This document shows, piece after piece, positions 15,301-22,752 of a DNA stretch of 43,313 nt. This DNA is from Bdellovibrionales bacterium RIFOXYD12_FULL_39_22 (lineage in GTDB: Bacteria > Bdellovibrionota > Bacteriovoracia > Bacteriovoracales > Bacteriovoracaceae). Position 1 is the first letter of the stretch. Every line of letters starts with the position of its first letter. Under the pieces are notes generated by a model, which saw only the letters and a list, made by a program, of their open reading frames with translations, did not search any database and was not told the DNA's origin. The stretch lies in contig MEQL01000038.1 of the NCBI GenBank assembly GCA_001770205.1, forward strand, positions 62,001-105,313, given 5' to 3'. The position numbers and the translations under genes are program-made.

Positions 15301-17579
15301 ATATTTATGGTGCTTGTTCTGTAACAGACGCTTTGGGTGCGGCTAGCTGTAGTTTGGCCTCTCAAACAGTAGAAGCAAAAACGTTGACGTTAGAAGATAC
15401 GGATCCTGATCTTGATAGTGTCTCGCCTGTTAATTTTGTAGTTGGCCCGGCAGTGCTGGCCAACTCTTCCATGAGTGCCCTTGATGCTAATTTTGTCGCC
15501 GATAATGCAGACGCTGGCCTTATAAATATTGTATTAAAGGATATAAAAAATCGTGTCATTGTAGGAACAACTCCTTCTATTTCCGTTTCAGGTAGTAACA
15601 ATGTGGTTGCGTGTAATGCTACAGATGCTAGTGGAGTGGCCCAATGTACAATTAAATCCACTAAGGCAGAGGCAAAAACAGTGGCCTTGATCTCACCGGC
15701 CTTGGCAGTGGCCCCAGTGCTGTTAACTGCACAACCCGGGGCAGCTGTTGCTGTAAACTCTAATATTACAGGCCCAGGAGGATATACTGCCGCAGATGGA
15801 GTGGCGGTTGCGGCCATTACTATTACTTTGACCGATATTAATGGTAATTTGATTTCAGGAGTAACTCCCGATTTCAGCGTCTCAGGTGCAAGTTATACTA
15901 AAGTTGCTTGTGGGCCCACAAATGCTAGCGGGGTGGCAAGTTGTGGCCTAAAATCAACCGTGGCAGAGATTAAAACAGTGACTTTGATTTCTCCTAATTT
16001 GGGTAATACTGCACTTGTTAGTTTCTCTATTAATGTGCTAACGCTAGGAACACTTGATTTGCATCATATCTACGGCAATCGCTTTACGGCAGATGTTGCT
16101 TGCAGTGATGATCAAAATGGCGATGGGATTGTTAGACTCTATTACTGTAATGAGGCAGTAAGTGGAGTAAATTGTGACCCACAACTGGGAACATATTTTA
16201 GCTTGGCCAGAGTGGCCGGACAAAATGTGTGTACGGGAACAGTAACCGGCCTTACTAATCCAGGAAATCATTTCAATGTGAAAGCAGTGGCCATTGACCC
16301 AGATGGTATAAGTGGATCGCCAGTAATTGGCGAGGTGACACTACCAGTGGGTAAGCAGATTTTTCGCTCGGTAAGTGCTAGCTCTGCCGCCAAGGTAACA
16401 GGGTCAGTCGATAACGAATTAGTGGTAACTGCCGCCACCTCTCAGGCAAGTTTTGAGCTGTTACCGTATGGAGAGGTTACAGTTGGGGATGCATTAGTTA
16501 TCAATGGATCAACCATCCTTTTTATTCATGGAATTATTAGTGACACTCTCTTTACAGTAAAGAATGCAAATGGAGATGCTCCGGCCAGCAATATTTCTAG
16601 TACGGCGACCTGGACAATTTATCGGCCTTATGCTTCCTTGGCCGATGCTGCTACAATGACAGAAAATACCAATATCGGAATGGGGGATTTTGATGATTTT
16701 GATAGCAGCAAAAATTTAGTCACGGCCGATGTTATTTGGAATATTGTCTGCGTAGACGATAATGTTGCGGATAATTCTCAACCACAATTTATTGGTTGGA
16801 TTACAGAAGGGGGAAATTATATAAATATTTTTACCCCAACGAGTGCAGCACAAACAAAACAGAGTGCAAGACATGTCGGTAAATATGCAAGCAATCGCTA
16901 CATAATAAATTCTGGCAACGGGGAAGCGGCCTTGCATTTGGATGTGGATTATGTACGAGTTTTAGGATTGCAAATTTTTACCAACATTGATGGTGCGGAT
17001 GGAATAAAATACACCGGGGAAGGAGAGTTGCAGGTTGAGAAAAATATAATTGCGTCGGCCGCCACAACTGATCGCGGTAATGGTATCGATCTATCCGAAG
17101 TGAAAGCACGAGCGGTTGTTAAAATTTGGAATAATGCTATTTATGCTTGGGAGCAGGGAATCTTTCTAGACAATAGTATCAATCAGTATTGGCCATTATT
17201 GGCAGCGGTTTACAATAATAGTGTGGTAGATGCTGCCTCAAACGGTATTTTTCTAAAGGGTGCTAGTGCAAATAATTTATTTTATCTAAAAAATAATTTA
17301 GTGCAAAAAACGACTCTTTCCGATTATGTCCTCGCCAATATAACTAGCAGTACCGCAAATCTATCAGAAGATGGAAGCTCTCCTAATGCAACTCAAAAAA
17401 ATAAAGTAATAGATTTTACCGCTTACGTTGTTGATAGTGACTACACTAACGATGATTTACATACTAACGATAGTGATGTTAGCGGAGGAACAACTCTCTC
17501 GGGTGATACCGTGTTACCAATAAGCGATGATATAGATGGAGCGGCCCGCTCCGTATGGGATATTGGAGCCGACGAGTAA
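9303..17579 (+). CDS. Giant (2758 aa) lipoprotein adhesin with 18 tandem Big_1/invasin-like Ig domains and a C-terminal beta-helix region
   Basis: Lipobox ISVG-C; about 99-aa repeats (ADG...ITIxLKDxxxNPVxG..PxF...C-x10-C.L.SxxAE); C-terminal NN-rich beta-helix-like segment ending DIDG..R..WDIGADE. Confidence 0.88.
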   Translation: MKITLFLIMALISVGCKYEMKMVNRISVESILISGVGQSQFSVTTKFEGDSDRNAKAILYYCNDTLDDSCDPVTHPSARMLTLTRGEGNFKGSVSGLRDPSFAAGDTVNAAVVTSDPAFVEKGAVMRASFVLLNKSTRLQFSLVNPPINSVAGQVMPMFKVEIYDKDGNLAKAATNEVSIAFAPLKDPSQGTAKLTGTLKVKAVEGVATFSNVSIDKAFAGYAFRASSPDLIYGESGFFNITEDSLHHFAVSGFPAVITAGVSSSIVVTAVDQNNNVVKGYAGTIRFLSDDTQITSPADFTFNPLVDNGSKIFSNVALKTAGTKYISVVEIVGGISTNKTGAQVGIIVNHENIAHHFDVIGVPNSVEAGTWQSVTVTARDQYGNKIINYTGTIKFTSNNALNTVPGNYTFNLLDGGDRIFENQLMFKVVSAVSYIRAEVLGSPTIYGVQGAIVVTPAGPSALTSTISGPLGNVVANGVSSAAIEITLLDFNNNAVAGITPTFHATDTGTTNVYSACSLSNAQGKSFCTLKSTKAESKSLAIDTPISKSGAVPVNFVAGPANAATSSISGTSNIQANGTDKSDITILLKDAFGNPTAGYLPTFSATNSGNTNVYTVCSSSNVLGVSNCQLSSQVAEVKTLSITAPVSKIGGTVTFIAGEPDPANCQIVAAPVSVVADGASVATVTITIKDVNNLPINGLVPTFSATDSGATNVYGICSITNLSGISTCTLKSRKAENKTLKIEGGINKLGGMILFIAGAVDASQSTIVGSGPVVANYVDTSTISIYLRDQFANPVSGAIPTFSATDSGATNFYAACTLSTALGLSTCTMKSKKAENKQLSILTPVEKLDGVVTFIAGVADAGNSTIVGSGPVAADGASTSTITINLADIYGNKVSGTAPLFSATNSGNKNSYGACLVSNAAGISSCTLASSYAEIKTLYITDPVVVTGGQVTFSNTSPASTYSTIVGSGPVVANGVAYSTITITIKDGNDNPVDGILPNFVATDSAAANAYTACSVTNASGISNCELRSTKAEVKTLSITAPIIKIGGSVSFNPGPVDAGKSSIVGTGPILADGNAQSSITIVLKDANNNPISSISPNFSATNSGGGNTYVACSLGNQNGESFCGLKSTYAEVKTLAITSPVPKADGAVTFISASISVANSLIVGTTNILADGNAYSAIAIVLRDSNSNPVVGITPQFSATNTDAKNVYSLCTVTSAQGESSCELRSTKAESKVLSITSPISKVGGGVLFLAGAPVAAKSSINGTTNKIANGTDTSAITITLKDINENPVAGITPAFTATNTGGGNIIDACSITNAMGVAVCGLKSTVAETKQLALSFPFELAGNQVAFLSGTVSTVLSSIVASGGPVVADGNAASTITIILKDTSNNPIVGTVPTFSATGSNNSYGACTPTDANGISSCELKSIKAENKTVAITSPAAVAGNSISFIAGAAAGANSTIVGSGPVVADGVAASTITIYIRDANNNPIAAVTPVYSASGLGNIVGGCNATDGTGKANCQLRSTVIGSKVLSITHPVAKTDGSVLFTQGAVVAANSSISVSGGSVVANGVAQATATIVLKDASNNPVAGLTPIFSASGSNNVYVGCPASDASGVSVCYFSSTKAETKTVQLNGPVSVAGNSVIFQAGAADVTKSSIASQEAIVLADGASIAHIKITIKDANSNPLVGVTPSFLATDGGSDNDYGLLCSATNASGESDCTLASRFAENKLLSITAPVVKANGGSVLFISGNADVAKSSIVSVEPSVTADGIAAATIQIILKDANDNALVGVQPQFEATNTGNYNVKTACSLTNSLGLSTCTLTSLYAEVKVLSVTTPIFFNGGSVTFESAGAVAANSSIVGSLSGLVVADNVQTSTVTITLKDIVGSAVAGVVPQITVTGIDNTVENCSGATNASGVATCLLRSTKAETKTLKITWPVSKTGGSVIFIAGAASVAKSSISGSTPVAADGIATSQVIVVLKDQFENPIKFYDRPTFHATDGGADNIYGACSVTDALGAASCSLASQTVEAKTLTLEDTDPDLDSVSPVNFVVGPAVLANSSMSALDANFVADNADAGLINIVLKDIKNRVIVGTTPSISVSGSNNVVACNATDASGVAQCTIKSTKAEAKTVALISPALAVAPVLLTAQPGAAVAVNSNITGPGGYTAADGVAVAAITITLTDINGNLISGVTPDFSVSGASYTKVACGPTNASGVASCGLKSTVAEIKTVTLISPNLGNTALVSFSINVLTLGTLDLHHIYGNRFTADVACSDDQNGDGIVRLYYCNEAVSGVNCDPQLGTYFSLARVAGQNVCTGTVTGLTNPGNHFNVKAVAIDPDGISGSPVIGEVTLPVGKQIFRSVSASSAAKVTGSVDNELVVTAATSQASFELLPYGEVTVGDALVINGSTILFIHGIISDTLFTVKNANGDAPASNISSTATWTIYRPYASLADAATMTENTNIGMGDFDDFDSSKNLVTADVIWNIVCVDDNVADNSQPQFIGWITEGGNYINIFTPTSAAQTKQSARHVGKYASNRYIINSGNGEAALHLDVDYVRVLGLQIFTNIDGADGIKYTGEGELQVEKNIIASAATTDRGNGIDLSEVKARAVVKIWNNAIYAWEQGIFLDNSINQYWPLLAAVYNNSVVDAASNGIFLKGASANNLFYLKNNLVQKTTLSDYVLANITSSTANLSEDGSSPNATQKNKVIDFTAYVVDSDYTNDDLHTNDSDVSGGTTLSGDTVLPISDDIDGAARSVWDIGADE
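10668..16030 (+). repeat. 18 protein-level tandem Ig repeats with a period of about 297 bp
   Basis: Counted by the conserved Cys pair, from YSACSLSNAQGKSFC to KVACGPTNASGVASC; boundaries approximate. Confidence 0.85.
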
Positions 17580-17601
17580 TAAAGAAAGCAAGGTAACAAA
17601 A

Positions 17602-17625
17602 GGGAGGGGAATTTTTTCCCTTCCC
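17602..17625. terminator. GC-rich hairpin after the giant adhesin gene
   Basis: GGGAGGGGAA-TTTT-TTCCCTTCCC, a 10-bp stem with one G-U pair. There is no + strand U-tract, so read-through is possible. Confidence 0.45.
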
Positions 17626-17717
17626 CACAGGGCGGCCAAAATAAATTTTAGAAGTGATGCAAGTTGTCCGATGGAAGCTGGAGTAGAGAAGTCTCTGCTT
17701 TTAACTATGAGGGGCAT

Positions 17718-18176
17718 ATGACGGATAAACTTTTAGATTTCAGTAAGAAAAGGGATGAAATAATTGAGAAAAAACGTCGGAGTTTCGAGCGCATTTTTTT
17801 TGATAGTGTGATGGGAACTTATTCAGTGCTTGATCAAAATAGTTCAATTTACCCCATAGAAATGGTGGATATATCGTATGATGGTTGTCTTTTTCAAGTT
17901 CCTTGGAATGTGAAAAGGGATCATAAACTACCAATAGATACAGAGCTTAACTTGCGGATCTATTTTACAAAGCATTCTTATATTCCCATTGTAGTTGCCC
18001 CTAAATATGCTCGAGAGAGTGTAGGGGCGGATGGACAAACCTATATGCAGTATGGGTGTGAGTTTGATAAATCATATCCGACATTTGATGCTCTTCGAAG
18101 TTTTATAGATTTTATGTATAAGTTTGCAGAATTTTCCGTAGTCGATCATGGTGATAGCAAAGTATATTTTCTATAA
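17718..18176 (+). CDS. Stand-alone PilZ-domain (c-di-GMP-binding) protein
   Basis: ATG 17718 after GAGGGG; RxxxR (RSFER) and DxSxxG (DISYDG) motifs; YGCEF near the C-terminus. Confidence 0.85.
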   Translation: MTDKLLDFSKKRDEIIEKKRRSFERIFFDSVMGTYSVLDQNSSIYPIEMVDISYDGCLFQVPWNVKRDHKLPIDTELNLRIYFTKHSYIPIVVAPKYARESVGADGQTYMQYGCEFDKSYPTFDALRSFIDFMYKFAEFSVVDHGDSKVYFL

Positions 18177-18206
18177 AAAACTAAGCGATCAGGGTATACT
18201 TTTTCA

Positions 18207-19085
18207 ATGTCACCAACTTTTGAAAAAAAATTTAGCAAAACTGCCATCTTGTTTTTTTTGGTTTTAATTTTACAAGCTTGTGCTAATGGCCAATCCAATA
18301 GAGTTAAAGTAATAGAAGAGAGAGATAACTTTGGAGTGGCAAAGACCGCAGATTATGGCATGCAACGACGAAATTTATCAGAGTATTTCGCTGGCGTAGG
18401 AATTATCAAATATTTTCTTCCCGACATCCCGCAGTGGGCCAACTATTCTCAGACGGCCGTCTGTCGTCGCAACTACTCACTTCGTTATTTTAATTATAAA
18501 AGTTTGCGTGAAAGTTTTTCTTTAAGTTATGAGCAGGCGGTACAATTTCAATACATGTTTAATAAGAACTATGAACAGCAAAAGCGTGATTATGGAGCAG
18601 ATTATCTTCTTTTTTCCAATGAGGAAAATCTTTTTTTTAGAGTTTCTGATATGGTTCAAGGGAACATTAAGGAGTTTCACCGGCCAGAGTTTAAAAGGGT
18701 GCATGTTGTTTGGATAGACCCTTTTATAACTAAAAGCGAGGATATAAAAAAATTAAAAAAGCTGATGGATAATTCAACGATGGATTTAGGCCACCCAGTA
18801 TTTGTTTCTCTTTGTCTTGGCCACTTTGATTTTAGTAAATTTTTTAAAGATAATGATTTGGAAGAGAGAAATATCAGAGCAATTCCCTATGAGATGTTTT
18901 CTATTTATGACGAGGCCAGTGTTGAAGCGCCTGGACAGCTTTTGAATATTGAAGAGATTCTTTCTCCTTCGAGCGGAGAGCTAGTGCAGGAGGAGGCCTT
19001 GCGGCCAGAGATTCATCTGTTTTTGCCTAGCGGTTATAACAAACCAGTTGAATTTAGAGGTAAATTCATAATACATTATTTCTAG
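18207..19085 (+). CDS. Hypothetical lipoprotein
   Basis: Hydrophobic signal ending LQA-C; 292-aa ORF in an operon-like position. Confidence 0.7.
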   Translation: MSPTFEKKFSKTAILFFLVLILQACANGQSNRVKVIEERDNFGVAKTADYGMQRRNLSEYFAGVGIIKYFLPDIPQWANYSQTAVCRRNYSLRYFNYKSLRESFSLSYEQAVQFQYMFNKNYEQQKRDYGADYLLFSNEENLFFRVSDMVQGNIKEFHRPEFKRVHVVWIDPFITKSEDIKKLKKLMDNSTMDLGHPVFVSLCLGHFDFSKFFKDNDLEERNIRAIPYEMFSIYDEASVEAPGQLLNIEEILSPSSGELVQEEALRPEIHLFLPSGYNKPVEFRGKFIIHYF

Positions 19086-19131
19086 AATTTTTTCTTTTTA
19101 TCGGAGAGTCTTTAAAAAATAAGGAGTGTCT

Positions 19132-19671
19132 ATGTTTGGTGGAAAAGAGGTCAAAAAAAACGATTACAAAGAAGAGGCCAATAAGTTGTATGCGGAATTT
19201 AAAACAACTTTGGGAGATTTTGAAATCGAACTATATGCTAAAGAGTGTCCTGAGACAGTTTGGAATTTTGTCAATTTAGCAGAGGGCCGGCAAGAGACTA
19301 AGCGCAATGGGCCATTTTATGATGGACTTATTTTTCACAGAGTAATTGAGGGATTTATGATCCAAGGAGGCTGTCCCGATGGAACAGGTATGGGCGGGCC
19401 AGGTTATCGCTTTCGAGATGAAATTGTGCCAATGTTGCGTCACAACGTAGAGGGTATTTTATCTATGGCCAATGCAGGGCCTGGTACCAACGGTTCACAG
19501 TTTTTTATTACCCTCGCTCCTACTCCACATTTGGATGGACGACATACAGTTTTTGGTAAAGTAGTAAAGGGAATGAACGTGGTTCACAAGATTGGGGTTA
19601 CAAAAACTAACCCTCAAGATCGTCCGCTAACTAACGTCACGATCACCAACATTAAAATTAGACGAGAGTAG
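19132..19671 (+). CDS. Cyclophilin-type peptidyl-prolyl cis-trans isomerase
   Basis: [50 protein letters not shown] 19132 after AAGGAG. Confidence 0.95.
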   Translation: MFGGKEVKKNDYKEEANKLYAEFKTTLGDFEIELYAKECPETVWNFVNLAEGRQETKRNGPFYDGLIFHRVIEGFMIQGGCPDGTGMGGPGYRFRDEIVPMLRHNVEGILSMANAGPGTNGSQFFITLAPTPHLDGRHTVFGKVVKGMNVVHKIGVTKTNPQDRPLTNVTITNIKIRRE

Positions 19672-19681
19672 TGAACGGCCA

Positions 19682-19709
19682 TTGAATAATTAATCTTATA
19701 GTGTATCAT
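19682..19709 (+). promoter_or_regulatory. Candidate sigma70 promoter
   Basis: TTGAAT-N16-TATCAT upstream of the DsbA-family gene. Confidence 0.35.
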
Positions 19710-19779
19710 CTACTAGTTCGATTATTTTCCCCCGCTGTTTGTAGCTGATTAATAATTTTTTTTTCAAAAGGATGTAAGA

Positions 19780-20583
19780 ATGAAATCTATTAGTTTGATC
19801 GCCCTGTTGTCGCTGCTTATGTTGTCATTGGCCGGATGTATGTCCGATGCCCAACTAAAAGAAAAAATGAAAAAGGCCTTGGTTTCTGATCCTGAGATCT
19901 TAACAGAAGCAATTAAAGCAAATCCGGCAAAGATAATGATGGCAATTCAGTCGGCCGCACAAAATGCGCAGGCAGAGATGGCCAAGATGAGAGATGAAGA
20001 GGAGCGAAAGCAGGTGGAGGAATATTTTAATACTCCGCTTAAACCCAATATTCGAGATGATGAAGCTATTCGCGGAACAAAAGGCGCCCCAATTGTTTTA
20101 GTGGAATACTCCGATTATCAATGTCCATATTGTTCAAAGGCCTTCACCTCTGTGGTAGTAGAAATGTTGAAAAAATATGAAGGGAAAATTCAATTCATCT
20201 ATAAACATCTGCCTCTAAGCTTCCATGATAAGGCCAAAATTTCTTCTCAATACTATGAAGCTATTCGCTTACAAAGCGCAGAGAAGGCGTTTAAATTTCA
20301 TGATGAGCTTTATAACAATCAAGGGAAGTTGAGTTTAGGAGAGTCATTTTTGAAGAAGGCCGCCTCTTCGCTTGGCGTGGATATGGGCAAGCTGGCCAAA
20401 GATATTAATTCGAAAGAAGTTTTAGATAGAATTGAGCAAGATGAAAAAGAGGCCGCTGAGTTTGGCTTCCAAGGAACGCCCGGATTTATTTTAAATGGTA
20501 TCCCAATAAAGGGAGCGTATCCGCTTTCTTATTTTGAGGATTTAATTACAAAGCTAAAAGAGAAAGGTAAAATATCGCTGTAA
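19780..20583 (+). CDS. DsbA-family (Com1/ScsC-like) thiol-disulfide oxidoreductase lipoprotein
   Basis: Lipobox LAG-C; N-terminal PEILTEAI helix; EYSDYQCPYC active site; GTP cis-Pro motif (FQGTPGFILNG). Confidence 0.9.
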   Translation: MKSISLIALLSLLMLSLAGCMSDAQLKEKMKKALVSDPEILTEAIKANPAKIMMAIQSAAQNAQAEMAKMRDEEERKQVEEYFNTPLKPNIRDDEAIRGTKGAPIVLVEYSDYQCPYCSKAFTSVVVEMLKKYEGKIQFIYKHLPLSFHDKAKISSQYYEAIRLQSAEKAFKFHDELYNNQGKLSLGESFLKKAASSLGVDMGKLAKDINSKEVLDRIEQDEKEAAEFGFQGTPGFILNGIPIKGAYPLSYFEDLITKLKEKGKISL

Positions 20584-20620
20584 GGTTGACACCGATTCTC
20601 TTTAGGCCTAAGAGTTTTTT

Positions 20621-21121
20621 ATGGTAACTTCTTCTTATCCAGATTTTGGAAATAGACGGCCAAAGAGCAGCACTCTGCTTGATAATTTAAACAAGAAGAG
20701 TGCTGATTTATCCTTGGTCAAACAAGTTGCTTCTAAAGCAATTATCGGCCTATCACAGTCGGAATTGATTGATGCTTTTTGTAACGACTTAAAAGAACTT
20801 TTATCCTTCGATGATATCTATCCAATGATAACCTTTCTTTTTGAAATTGAATCAGCGATAAATTCTTTAAGTGATCCGGCCTTTGATGTTTTAGATCCGG
20901 CCATAGAAGAGATCCCGGATTTGTTAGAATTTTATCGTCACCTCTCTCCAATCCTTTTGCGCATTGTTTTGGAAGGAGAAAATATGGGGGGAGGATTAAA
21001 AGGTGATCAGCAGAGGGTTGGCCATATTTTAAATGGCTGGAAAGAGGCCTTGCGAGTTGCCATTGAAGAAGAGCTCTATGTCTGGAAAGAAAAACTATCC
21101 ATTGGTATAAATCACAACTGA
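20621..21121 (+). CDS. Hypothetical all-helical protein
   Basis: 166-aa ORF whose TGA overlaps the next ATG by one base. Confidence 0.65.
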   Translation: MVTSSYPDFGNRRPKSSTLLDNLNKKSADLSLVKQVASKAIIGLSQSELIDAFCNDLKELLSFDDIYPMITFLFEIESAINSLSDPAFDVLDPAIEEIPDLLEFYRHLSPILLRIVLEGENMGGGLKGDQQRVGHILNGWKEALRVAIEEELYVWKEKLSIGINHN

Positions 21122-21957
21122 TGAATGTTAAGTTTAATTACTTGTCTATTTTTTTTCTTCCCTTGCTTTTTATTTTTTTATCTTGTGCTACGGCCTTACC
21201 TTTTGAAGAGGATGATTTAGACGATGTAAAAAAAGTGGCGGTAATTATCTATACTGTTCCGGCCCAAATAATCTTTTTAACGGATGCAAGAAAAAATAGA
21301 GTAGGCGTAGAGGCATTTAGTTCTAAGTCAAAAAAAATCGCAGAAGGAAATGGAAAAAGAGCGGCCACGCTGGCCCATAAGGCATTTATCGAAGAGTTAA
21401 ATAAACAAGGACTAAAGTTTGAAGTAATTTCTTTGGCAGAGATGGCCGCAAATAAAACGTTCATGTCACTTGACCATCGCCACAGCGTAGAGAGTGATGG
21501 ACAGCGGAATAAAAATTTTGGCCGCCTTTGTGTTGGCCCAGAGGGATTTAATAGTTTTGGGCCGGAATATGATTGGCCAAGTGAGAGTGAATTTTTTGAT
21601 AATGAAGAGGAACGTAACTACATCAAGGCCTCTATTGCGGCCTTGAAGGTGGATGCAGCATTGCTAATAAACGATTATGGATATTCCTTTTCTTGTAGAT
21701 CCTGTACCGATATTCATGGAGAGATGACTGGTGCTGCCTCGACAGGCTCTGCTTTTTTGGCAACTATGGTAGATAAGGACGGTGATGCCATATTTAGTAT
21801 TACCGATTGGTTTGATAAAACTGATGGAAAGGCGGCCATGGTTTCTAATATTGTTAATCCCCTCTCACATGATGCACTTTTTCGTGCCCACGGTGTCAAG
21901 ATGGCCCAGGTTTGGGCCGCAGCATTAAATAAAAAAATAGAAAAGGCAAACAACTAG
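21121..21957 (+). CDS. Hypothetical lipoprotein
   Basis: Lipobox FLS-C followed by VKKVAVI, an alpha/beta start common in periplasmic lipoproteins. Confidence 0.7.
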   Translation: MNVKFNYLSIFFLPLLFIFLSCATALPFEEDDLDDVKKVAVIIYTVPAQIIFLTDARKNRVGVEAFSSKSKKIAEGNGKRAATLAHKAFIEELNKQGLKFEVISLAEMAANKTFMSLDHRHSVESDGQRNKNFGRLCVGPEGFNSFGPEYDWPSESEFFDNEEERNYIKASIAALKVDAALLINDYGYSFSCRSCTDIHGEMTGAASTGSAFLATMVDKDGDAIFSITDWFDKTDGKAAMVSNIVNPLSHDALFRAHGVKMAQVWAAALNKKIEKANN

Positions 21958-21958
21958 T

Positions 21959-21974
21959 TGTCAGAAAAATGACA
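21959..21974. promoter_or_regulatory. Dyad TGTCA-N6-TGACA upstream of the flagellar operon (FleQ-box-like)
   Basis: TGTCAGAAAAATGACA; the 14-bp core resembles the Pseudomonas FleQ consensus GTCaNTAAAtTGAC. Confidence 0.45.
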
Positions 21975-22054
21975 GAGCAAAATGCTACCATCTAGGCAAA
22001 AAGGGCCACTATTGAACAAAACAGGTAGAAATTTCCCGGCAATAGCAGGCGATC

Positions 22055-22083
22055 TTGATTCAAACTAACATTGAATGTATAAT
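22055..22083 (+). promoter_or_regulatory. sigma70-type promoter of the fliL operon
   Basis: TTGATT (22055-22060)-N17-TATAAT (22078-22083). Confidence 0.65.
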
Positions 22084-22154
22084 TTTTGACAGTGGGCCTG
22101 CAGTTAGGAAAACGGTGGGCCAGGATAAGAAAAATTTTCCATGGATGGTACCAT

Positions 22155-22709
22155 ATGGCAGAAAAAGAGGCCGCTCCCAAAGCAGAAGATTTTAAAGAAC
22201 CTAATAAAGCAACTGTTCATGCAAATCCTATTTTAACTATTTTGCTTTTTTTAAACACAGGACTGATTGGGGCAGTTGGATATTTTCAATATACCATGCA
22301 TCAAAAAGAGGCCGCAGAAACTTCCATTCAAGATATTGTGCGGGCAGAAATAAAAGAGGCAAAGGCGGCAGAAAATGAGGTCACTGGTGAAGCAAAAGAA
22401 GATGAAGGAAAGCTTTTTCCGCTAGAAGGATTCACTGCTAATTTGGCACAAGGAGATGGGCCTCGTCGTTATGTGCGCTTGGAGGCAGTGCTAAAATTTA
22501 GTCGTGATTCAAATGAGGAAGAATTTAAGGCCAGAAAACCGCAGATACGCGATAGCATCATCAGTATTTTAAATTCTAAGCGGCCGGCAGATCTTTTAAA
22601 AGTTGAAGGAAAGCAATATTTAAAAGAGGAGATTAAGGCGGCGATAAATACCTTCTTAGTTGAGGGGAGTATTGTTGATATATATTATGTAGGTTTTCAG
22701 ATCAATTAG
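22155..22709 (+). CDS. fliL: Flagellar basal body-associated protein FliL
   Basis: Single N-terminal TM; FTANL, RYVRL, PQIRDSIISIL, EGKQYLKEEI motifs; ATG 22155 preferred over TTG 22086. Confidence 0.93.
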   Translation: MAEKEAAPKAEDFKEPNKATVHANPILTILLFLNTGLIGAVGYFQYTMHQKEAAETSIQDIVRAEIKEAKAAENEVTGEAKEDEGKLFPLEGFTANLAQGDGPRRYVRLEAVLKFSRDSNEEEFKARKPQIRDSIISILNSKRPADLLKVEGKQYLKEEIKAAINTFLVEGSIVDIYYVGFQIN

Positions 22710-22752
22710 AGTAGACAGTCAGCAAGGACAGACTATCCCAGGAGGGGATTGT

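Noticed and set aside
10668..16030. Periodic DNA similarity that might suggest a CRISPR array or DGR template
   Set aside because: The period is about 297 bp, in frame and explained by Ig repeats. There are no spacers, cas genes or reverse transcriptase.
9339..16937. Many 60-200-aa alternative-frame and antisense ORFs inside the giant adhesin gene
   Set aside because: Shadow ORFs arising from Ala/Thr/Ser/Gly-rich codon usage, with no recognisable motifs.
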